A model generated the notes under the pieces. It worked only from the letters and a program-made list of their open reading frames with translations. It ran no database searches and had not been told where the DNA came from. From Macrostomum lignano (taxonomy: Eukaryota), in NCBI GenBank assembly GCA_002269645.1, contig NIVC01003097.1, positions 55,564 to 119,563 on the forward strand: a stretch of 64,000 bases of DNA, written 5' to 3'. The number at the start of each line of letters is the position of its first letter. Position 1 is the first letter of the stretch. Below, piece after piece: positions 54,793-64,000 of the stretch. The translations under genes were made by a program, and so were the position numbers.

Positions 54793-55202
54793 TGTACAGA
54801 ATACGATCTGAGGCAGTTTTCCAAGCCTTTCAACAAATCTTGACGCTCGCAGCAGCGCCCGTTGCCGCCGCCGCCACCACCGCCACCGGCGCGAAGGCCG
54901 CGCAGCTGGGCCACATAGTAACCGGCTGTTGACGTGGCCTCACCCGGCTGCTTGGAGCTGAGCCAATTCTGCAGCGCTTGCAACTTCTTATCCGTGTCCA
55001 AGGCGGCCAAATCCTGAGCCTTGTCGGCCGTGATGTCCATGTCCTGAATGAACTTTGGCCACAGCTCTTCCATCTGCTCCTCGGTGAGCTCTTCCACTAT
55101 GTGATTGTTGTGCCTATGGGCTTGCACTACTCCAGACACGGAGAGCATCCGGCAGCGTTCTGAGCTGCCTGCTGGAGCTCGCTTGGAGTATGAGCAGCCC
55201 AT
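54793..55202 (-). CDS. FMNL: FMNL-type formin exon 1 (N-terminus, start of GBD)
   Basis: MGCSYSK start, then MDIT..LAALDTDKKLQ and LLKGLENCLRSYSV. Donor CA|GTGAGT at 54792 (phase 2). Confidence 0.85.
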
Positions 55203-55505
55203 TTCTACTATGGGAGACAGTGACAGTTGCTGACAATGCTATTAGCTGACTATCAGCTGACTTCTATATGCCAGGCTGGCTGGCTAAGTCAGGCGCCATG
55301 GCTGCTTTCATCTAGCTAAAATTCAGAAAGCAATAATTCATAGTTTGAGTTTGAGAAAGTATATAAAATCAAATGCAATATCTACATATGAGTGTACTTC
55401 TAGACCTTTTGCTTTGTTGGTTTTTAATATTACTTAAAATACTTAATATGTAAAGCATGCTACAATGTAAAGGGGAAAAATTATTTGCCTAATAAATAAG
55501 TTAGC

Positions 55506-55883
55506 AAGGAAGCCATAGCCCAGTGGTCTGGTATGCAATCAAAGTGTAGTCACATTAATTTGGGGTAAATTGGAATCTCAGCTTGGGTCTCCTTGTGCAA
55601 TTAACACCCTTGAAGGCCAACTTTCAAGGCACAATGAAGTGTATGTTTCTAACAATAAATAAAGTTAAGGCTATTGTACATTCCAGTATGTATGCCTATG
55701 TTTATGACTGCATATGTATCCATCCATCCATGCATTGCATGCTTGCTTGCTTTGGAGAGTTAGTGGAATGGGCAATAATACCTCTTACCAGTTGTGACAA
55801 TGTTACAAAGTGTCATACATAAACCAAGATATACATGTAAAGTGTACCAAGATATATAATATAGCCCCTTGCCTCTAACTAAA
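55506..55883 (+). mobile_element. Degenerate copy of the same SINE
   Basis: Colinear with 42063-42422 (shared gtcacattaatttgggg, ataaataaagtta, ggaatgggca, tgcctctaa). All CpGs are lost. Confidence 0.85.
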
Positions 55884-58371
55884 CAATCTAGCAAATGGCA
55901 CATTTTTAATTAATTGTTTTAGAACATGATATTTGTGGGGATTGAACTTTGGATTTCATGTTATTTTGCTATCCCTTTCACTCTCTCTCCCATGACTAAT
56001 CAATCTTGTGTGCTATTGCTTTATCTCTATCCATTTATACATTGGTGCTTGCCAGTGTACATGGTTTTAACCCCCTGCCAATTAGATAGTGTTTGTCTAT
56101 TGTTGTTTGTGGTTTCATGTCATGCAGTTAAATAAATACATTTATCACTTTGGTATAGTTCTGTTCATGTATCTTTTCTACTTTGATTGCAAACATGACT
56201 TGACTTAGTTTTGCCTAGACTAACAATGTTGATATTATATTATTGTTTTAAACAAAAGTAACTTGTGCAACATCACATTTATAATATCTCAGATCATGTA
56301 GTATGTATATATTAAAAAATATAGAATTATAATGAAATTTTTCTAGATTGATCACATACATGCTTACTTATTGACAGACCATTTTTAGTATACAAATGAA
56401 CATACAAACAAACAAATATTAGAGATTTAGTATATTTAGATTTTCTAATACTAATTTTGTATCCACATTTGAGTTTCAAAGAAGAATATATATCAAAATG
56501 GCTACACACAAAATGGCCACATCAAAATGGTAAATGGTTATAAATCAAATCAGAATGGTCATATATCAAAATAGCCACCTTGAATAGATAAAAGTATTTA
56601 AAAGTTTGGCAATATTTTGGATGATAATCACAGAGTGAAGTGACAATCACCTTAAAAATTGTTTTAAATAAATAAAACTTGGAAGTTCTTAGAACATTAT
56701 AACAAACTGTTTCTAGAAATAGAAGATTCTAACTTTCATGGAACAAATGATTCTATTTTATATTAATTAGCCCCTTATGTATTATATCTATTTTGGATGA
56801 CAATCATTTAAATATGAAAAATGCCTTAAAATTATTGTGTTTTGAAACTATAGCACTTCTTGTCAATGTAGCTTATAAGCAGTCATGGAACCATCCATCT
56901 TTTTTTTATAAATGAGCACCTTATTTATATACTAATTCAAGATTGTAAGATGATCATTTAAATATAAAAACTGTCTTAAAATGATTGCATTCCAAAACTA
57001 CAGCACTTCTTGTCTCTAGCGTCTCACTCAAGAGGCCTCTACTTCCATAGAGGCCCCCACTTCCACTCTTATACATAGTGCAAAGAGAATTTAAAGAGAG
57101 GGGTTACAAAGCAAAAGGTGCACCATGCTACCCACTTCAATTTTGGAAGACGATCATTTTAATGCTACTATTACAAATGATCATTAACCGAAAGTATACA
57201 GTGCTTCAGCTTACATTTGCAGAATACTTGTTTGCTGGAAGAGTGGAAAAAATGATACAAGTACAAATAAAACAAATACTAAATAGTACAAATAATATAA
57301 ACTGTATAGCATTACTAAATATGGTTTTAAATTTATATGTTTAGTATCCGATATTAGTATATAATCCAGTCTAGTGTACAGGCTTTAGTCAAGTAGGGTC
57401 GGCGGTCGGACTCATTCACTGATTCAAAATATGCATATTTGAGTCACTGAGTGTAAATATTTTTATAGGCAATTAAGTATTTAGGCAAGTAGCTATTTTA
57501 AAAAACTTTACTGGTATTGCTTTACTGGTATGGTTCCATTACTTCGGTAAGTTCGGTGCAATAAATGATGCTGTATACTTGATTATCGATTGCATTCGTG
57601 TATAGCGTGTATCGATTTATGCATAGTTTATTTTATGGAAAGCTGGATTTCAAAATTTTTGTCGCGATTATTCATAAGTAATTGTTAACAACACAAAACA
57701 AAGAATGCAACAAATTTTCAGCATTAATCAATAGATTATTTGATTTCTCAATTAAAAAGTACATTCAAGGTGTTACATAGGCCTAGTTGAAGAAGTCTTA
57801 CTGGTTGCCCGTGGGTATTGCCTACCGCTGTAATAGCTTGTAGCTTCGGCAGTAGACTTTTAAATCAGTGTTGGAATGTAAAAATTTTCTGACTCTGCTA
57901 TGCTTTTTATAATTCTAATGACTTTTTAAAATCTGAATAAATTTTCGCTTCGTTTTCGAGGTTGCTATGTCTGTGTAGCGGTGTTAAATAATAGTGGCAC
58001 AATGGATCTATTATATTTTCTACATGTATATTTATAGCTTTGCCATCAAAAAAATATTATTTCAGAAGAAAGAATGTTCTGGAATTACGAGTAAGAAAAG
58101 GCTTGTATATTTAAAATTTGTTTATCGCGAAAATTTCTAGAATGAGAATGCTGCTACGTACAGATAATATTCCAATATTTATATAGAGAGAATACATAAG
58201 TACAAGTGGTTATATTCTTAGAAAGGCTAGTTTTAAATTTACGCGTAAAATATTGCAAAATATTCTTAAAATTCGATGTTGGTTTTAAATATACACGATC
58301 AATCTAGTATTCTAGTATAGTCCAATCTAGTATAGTAGAAGCGGAGTTTGAGGAGAAGAGACCAACTCTTT

Positions 58372-58596
58372 TGTAGCATGCGCAGGCAGGCAGTTCGGGT
58401 ACCTAGTTTGCACTCCCTGACCCCCACCCAGCCTATCCACTTCCCTCTGCTCGAGCACATCCCAACGCGCACTCAGTGAACCGGAAATCTGTGTTCTACC
58501 AGACAATAAAAATACAGGCACAGCCACATTCTATTTCTTCACCTTTTTGAGTGGCTAACTAACACTCGCAACAACCAGCTAGAGTTGCTCGCTACA
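58372..58596 (+). repeat. 5' LTR
   Basis: TG...CA ends, internal AATAAA, 5 substitutions relative to the 3' LTR. Confidence 0.95.
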
Positions 58597-58597
58597 T

Positions 58598-58606
58598 TGG
58601 CGTCAC
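58598..58606 (+). promoter_or_regulatory. Primer-binding site
   Basis: TGGCGTCAC lies one nucleotide after the 5' LTR. It is complementary to a tRNA ending GTGACGCCA (tRNA-Ser-type end, from memory). Confidence 0.7.
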
Positions 58607-58619
58607 AAGCCAGAACCCA

Positions 58620-61600
58620 ATGGCGCTACTACAGCTACAGCCGCCATCCGCATTCAGCATTAGCGCGGACCCCCACACCGTCAGCAAGCGCTGGACAGAG
58701 TGGGCCACCACACTAAAGCGATTCTTGGCAGCATCAGGAATTTCGGACGACGCCCAGAAGCAGGAAATCCTCCTGTATACCGCGGGAAAAGAGGTTGCAG
58801 ACATCTTTAAAGAGATCTCACAGACGCGTCCCGCCACTGACCAGCCGGAGCAGCAAACGCTTGATGTGGTATTCACCCGGTACCAATTCCGCCAGTGCCG
58901 CCTGCTGCCGCAATGAATCCCTCCGAAAGCGGCTGCTCAACGTGCCCAACATCAGCCTCCCCGATGCCCTCCAGCTGGCGAGAACAAACGAAGCAGCCAG
59001 CCAGCAAGCGGCAATCATGGAGCGCTCGGCAGCCGGACCAGCTGAAGAAGTGCATGCGGCACGCGACAAGCGCCCCACCAGGCGCCCGCCAGCCAGCCCG
59101 GCCGACAAATGCCTGCGGTGCGGAGAGCCCGGCCACCGCACTTGCAACCGGGCCCAAGGCAAGCGCTGCAGTAACTGCGGCAAGCTGCACCACCTGGCGA
59201 AGGCCTGCCTAAGCGGCCGCGCACGCATTAACATGGCAGAGCCTGAGCCAGAGGAACCAGCAGTGGCGCACCTGGCGGAGGCGGTATTCTCCAGCCTCGA
59301 CCCCAGCCGCAAAAGCGCCACCTTCAAAGCGGTCATCAACGGCGCGAACGTACCCGTCCTGATCGACAGCGGTGCGAGCTGCAACGTGCTCAGCCAGCGG
59401 ACCATTCATCTAACGGGAGCACTCGAGCGGGCGCTTCAGCCCACGCACACGAGGGTCTATCCTCTCGGAGCATTGAGGCCCCTGACACCCGCTGGCCAGA
59501 TCACTCTGCAGACGAAGATCAACGGCAACTCGGAGAGAGTGCGCTTCATCGTCATCAGAGAGGACTGCATCACCATCCTAGGCCGCGAGACAAGCACGCA
59601 GATGGGGATGCTGAGGGTCGGACCGCAGGCCGAGACAGCTCTCACCGCCGGACTGACACCAACGGTTAACGACCTGCACCTTCCGCAAGACTTGCGACTG
59701 TCATCGATCATGAAGGAGTTCAGCGACAGCTTTCAAGGAATCGGCTGCATCAAGGGCGTCTCAGTCAGCATCCAGCTGAAGGAAGAAGCGCTGCCAGTCT
59801 GCCACCCTCCGTCTCGAGTTCCGGTGCATCTTCGAACCGCCGTGGAAAAGGAGCTGAAGGGCCAGCTAGCAGCCGGCATCCTGGAGCGAGTGACGGGGCC
59901 CAGCGCTTGGAGTTCACGCATGGTGGTCGTTCCAAAGGCCTCGCCAGGCGAAATCCGCATCACGCAGGACCTGAGGGACGTCAATAAGTACGTCATTCCA
60001 GAAAAGCAGCCAATACCGACATTCGAAGAAGTCACCGACGAGATGGCCGGCTCCACCTATTTCTCCGAACTAGACGTTGCCAAGGCCTTCCACCAGATCG
60101 AGGTCAGCGAGGAGTCCCGGCAGCTGCTCACTTTCTCAACGCCTCTGGGCCTGCTCCGCCTCAAGCGCCTTTGCATGGGATTTACCTCAGCATCTGAAAT
60201 CCTACAGCGCGTCATGACATCTATCCTGAGCGGTTTGAGAGGCGTGCGGTGGGTCCATGACGATATCATTATCTTCGCCAGCACCATAAAGGAACACAAC
60301 GAGAGGCTGCGCAACTGCCTTGACAGGCTGCGTCAACACAACGTGACTCTGAACCCCCGCAAATGCCGCATTGCAACCCAGCAGGCCGACTTCCTGGCCA
60401 TGCGCCTCTCGGCGGCCGGAATCCAACCGACCGAGGAAAAGCTGGAAGCTGTGGCCAACTTCAAGCGACCAGAAAATGCAACGGAGGTGCGGTCCTTTCT
60501 CGGACTCGTCACATTCGTAGCCCGCTTCATCCCAAACCTCGCCGACAAAGCGAGGCCACTTCGAGAGCTGACCAAGAAGAACGTGAAATGGTCGTGGGGC
60601 CCACAGCAAGCCTCAGCCTTTCAGACAATCAAGCAGTCGATCGCTCACAGCACCACGCTTGCCTTCTTCAACAAGAACTGCGAGACCAGGCTGATCGTCG
60701 ACGCCAGCCCGACCGGCCTCGGGGCGATCCTCGCCCAGGTGCAACCTGGCGGCCTCACCAGGCCAATCGCCTACGCCAGCCGCAGCCTCAGTGACACGAG
60801 CAGCGCTACTCGCAAACAGAGAGGGAGGCGCTGGCCGTCAAATTCGGGTGCCTCAAGTTCCACCACTACCTTAGCGGCTGCCCAAAGTTCAAGGTCATCA
60901 CCGACCACAAGCCGCTGGTCAGCCTGCTCAGCCCCGGCTCGCGGCCCCCGCCACGGATCGAGCGCATGGCACTTCGGCTGCAGGATCTCCACTTCGAAGT
61001 CACCTACCAGCCGGGCGCAGACAACCCGGCAGATGTCCTGAGCCGCCAGCCACGTCCAACACCGCCGAACAACCAGGGTGAGGATCTCGACACGGCCTAC
61101 ATCGCAATGACAGCACAGGCAGCAGCACCGAACAGCATCAGCCTCGAAACGATCAAGGTTGCCGCAGTAGGCGACAAGGCGATCCAAGCCGCCGTATCCG
61201 GGCTCCGGTTCCATCGGTGGCAACTCGATAGCGACGACGCGCACAGCCTGCACGGCATGCGGCACGAGCTCTCACAACACGACGGACTCCTGCTCAAAGG
61301 GCACCAAATCGTCGTTCCTGCCATTCTGCGCTACCGCTGCCTGCAGCTGGCGCACCAAGGCCACCTGGGTGTCCAGAAAACATTGGCACGCCTCCAGACA
61401 AAGGTCTGGTGGCCCTCAATACGGGCCTCCGTCGAGAACTTCGTAAACTCTGCAAGGCCTGCACGAACACAGCCGAATTGAAGGCAGCCCCACTTCAGCC
61501 GACTGAGCTGCCGCAGGGGCCGTGGCTAGAGCTGGGCCTGGACTTCCTGGGACAGATCAGAGGCCACATGCTGCTGGTGTGCACCGACTATTTTTCACGT

Positions 61601-62410
61601 TTCCCACTGGTACAGACGATGTCGGGGTCGACAGCGGCAGCTCCGGTCATCCGAACCCTCCGCCAGTGGTTCAGCACGTTCGGCCAGCCAGTCAAGATCA
61701 CCACCGACGACGGCCCGCCATTCTCGTCCGCAGAATTCAACGCCTTCCTGCGCAGCCAGGGCGTCCACCACCATCGGACTACGCCGCTGCATCCCCAAGC
61801 GAACGGACTCGTAGAGCGATGCAACCGAGGCCTCAATAAGGCAATCAGAGCGGCGATTCTGGAAGGCAGCAACTGGCAGGCGGCACTGGACGACTACCTG
61901 GCTGCATACCGGCGAACACCGCACGCAGCAACCGGCATGGCCCCAGCCGACCTGCTATTCGGCCGACAGCTCAACGACACGATCCCCAGCTTGCGCCACT
62001 CCCGGCCGGTTGACGCCAGGCGACAGACCGTCCGCGGCCACGACTCCAGGGCGAAGGAGCGGATGAAGGCCTTCGCCGACAGCAAGAGGGGCGCCACCGA
62101 CCACCAGATCACCGTAGGCGACCTCGTACTCCGCCGGCTCACCAACCGCAGCAAGACCGACCCCTTCTTCGAGGCCTCGCCATGGACCGTGACAGAAGTC
62201 CGCGGCAACACCCTGCAGCTCCAACGGGCCGGCCAGAGGTGCTCCAGGCACGCCAGCCACGTCAAGCGAGTCTCCCAGGCAGCCGACGAGTGGCCGGGTG
62301 ACCCCGGAGAATGCGACAGCGGACAGGACAGCCGGCCGGATGAACCAACCGGCCCGCCCGAGCCAACCGGCAACCAGGACGTCCCTCTCGCCAACAGGCC
62401 GCACCTCTGA
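58620..62410 (+). pseudogene. Disrupted gag-pol of the Gypsy element
   Basis: CCHC knuckles, protease DSGA, RT VHDD, RNase H DAS, integrase HHCC and D-D-E. Apparent gag deletion/frameshift near 58895 and 1-nt frameshifts near 60798 and 61450. Confidence 0.9.
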
Positions 62411-62601
62411 CAGGCCAAGGAGACGCCGAAACGCTACGAAGAGGGCGACCGGCGAAAGGCTCTGGACATCTGACAGCTGGCGGAACAGCAGCAAGGACTG
62501 ATCATTGACTCTAATGACTGATACTGATTGCTCGATCGCGCGTAACATGACCCAACGTTGTACCCAACCCCACCCCGGGTTCCAATCCACCAGACGAGGG
62601 A

Positions 62602-62826
62602 TGTAGCATGCGCAGGCAGGCAGTTCGGGTACCTAGTTTGCACTCCGTGACCCCCACCCAGCCTATCCACTTCCCTCTGCTCGAACACATCCCAACGCGC
62701 ACTCAGTGAACCGGAACTCCGTGTTCTACCAGACAATAAAAATACAGGCACAGGCACATTCTATTTCTTCACCTTTTTGAGTGGCTAACTAACACTCGCA
62801 ACAACCAGCTAGAGTTGCTCGCTACA
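62602..62826 (+). repeat. 3' LTR
   Basis: Direct repeat of 58372-58596, preceded by a short purine-rich tract (AGACGAGGGA). Confidence 0.95.
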
Positions 62827-63140
62827 TCTTTCGCTAGCTATAAGCTTAAAAATGCGTTCACTAAGAATCGTTCTCAGATTCATAAAGTATCAATCATTTT
62901 GCAGTAATAAGTGCTAAGAAGTATTCGGAGAAACTCCCTAAAGAAATCAGGAGTATATGCAAAGGGAGTACATGCATTAGAAGTACATGCTAAAAGCAAA
63001 CGCCGTGACCCTCTATCTCGGTAAAGCCCAGACTGGAAAATAGTACATATACCAGCTGCAGTAAGCCCACTCAGGCCAGAAGTACATAGACGCTACTAGA
63101 CTTATACAGAGACGCTACCAGATCTATGCCGAAAACACTA

Positions 63141-63923
63141 TAGCTTTTTGCAGCCCATTTGGGCCTATGCGCATTGAATTTAATCCAAGATAGGTTTACT
63201 AATGTAATGGAGCCTTTGTCTATGGTAGAAAGGCTGGCACAGCTGCATTTAATTTAGTCCAACAAGCATCAATTTGGTCTAAACGCTCGTGAGCCATTTG
63301 GAAAACTCCTGCCCCCTCGCAACCGTCTGTGGGTTGTTGCGCACCGCTGGAATGTCAGCGGATCTACCAGCAATTTTCAGTCGCTTTCCCAGAGCTCTGC
63401 GATAGCCGAAATCTGATAACCAACTGGAGCTGTTCCTTGACCAACTCTGCTGCTTTTCTGCATCGTCAACAAAGGGTTCGTCTTAACTGCATCGAGTAGC
63501 AGTTGGACTGGAGGCTTTCGTCGAAGTTTCGAGCCTTGGCGATCCCGCAATTGCCACCCTTTCGCAGACAATCTCTGCCGGCAGTGGTTTCAACGCGCTG
63601 TAATGCTGGATGCTGGATGCTGTAAACAATCTTTTCCTTTACATTCACAATCTTGCAATGTCCTTTGGGTGTTCACCTCTGTCGAGAGCTTTGATCACAA
63701 GCCAATGGTTCGACAGCCTAGCAAATGGTCCACAATACTGGGGCTGATCTTGCTCCCCGCAGCAGTTGCAAATGAAGCTATGGACCAAGTTGATGCTTGT
63801 TGGACCAAATTAAATGCCTCTCTGTGCCAGCCTTGCTACCATAGACAAAAGCTCCGTTACGGTGGCAAACCTATCTTGGATTAAATTTAATGCACGTAGG
63901 CCCAAATGGGCTGCAAAATGCTA
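63141..63923. mobile_element. Non-autonomous DNA transposon with about 140-bp TIRs
   Basis: 63141-63279 is the imperfect reverse complement of 63782-63923, flanked by TA on both sides. Confidence 0.75.
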
Positions 63924-64000
63924 TACTAAAAGTATACTAAGAACGCTACCAGAACGCTATCAGAACGCTACCCAAAGACTTACACTAAGACAGAAGTAAC

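Larger units (their letters stand above)
58372..62826 (+). mobile_element. Full-length Ty3/Gypsy LTR retrotransposon, defective
   Basis: Paired 225-bp LTRs with TGTAGC...GCTACA ends and TSD TCTTT (58367-58371, 62827-62831). Domain order is gag, PR, RT, RH, INT. Confidence 0.95.

Noticed and set aside
57390-57420. Near-palindrome GATTCAAAATATGCATATTTGAGTC as a transposon or Helitron end
   Set aside because: No matching second terminus or TSD could be identified.

Overview
Eukaryotic (animal) genomic DNA with GC-rich exons separated by introns packed with tandem repeats. The style suggests a free-living flatworm such as Macrostomum, but that is an inference. Four spliced protein-coding genes can be assembled by hand with consistent GT-AG phases. 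(1) A 4-exon opsin (+, 326-15073, 371 aa) keeps the retinal-binding lysine but has lost several signalling motifs. (2) A 3-exon class A GPCR (-, 26589-18013, 505 aa). (3) A 2-exon orphan type I membrane protein (+, 33280-34242, 246 aa). (4) An FMNL-type formin (-, 55202-37199, about 1071-1141 aa depending on two optional exons). Mobile DNA comprises a complete but frameshifted Ty3/Gypsy element with 225-bp LTRs and a 5-bp TSD (58372-62826), two copies of a tRNA-derived SINE (one intact, one CpG-erased), three TIR/MITE-like elements, and a micro/minisatellite cassette flanked by a 15-bp direct repeat. About 27 distinct minisatellite arrays are present, most directly against exon boundaries. Most long ORFs in the supplied track are repeat artefacts. 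All alignments and counts were done by eye, with no database searches.
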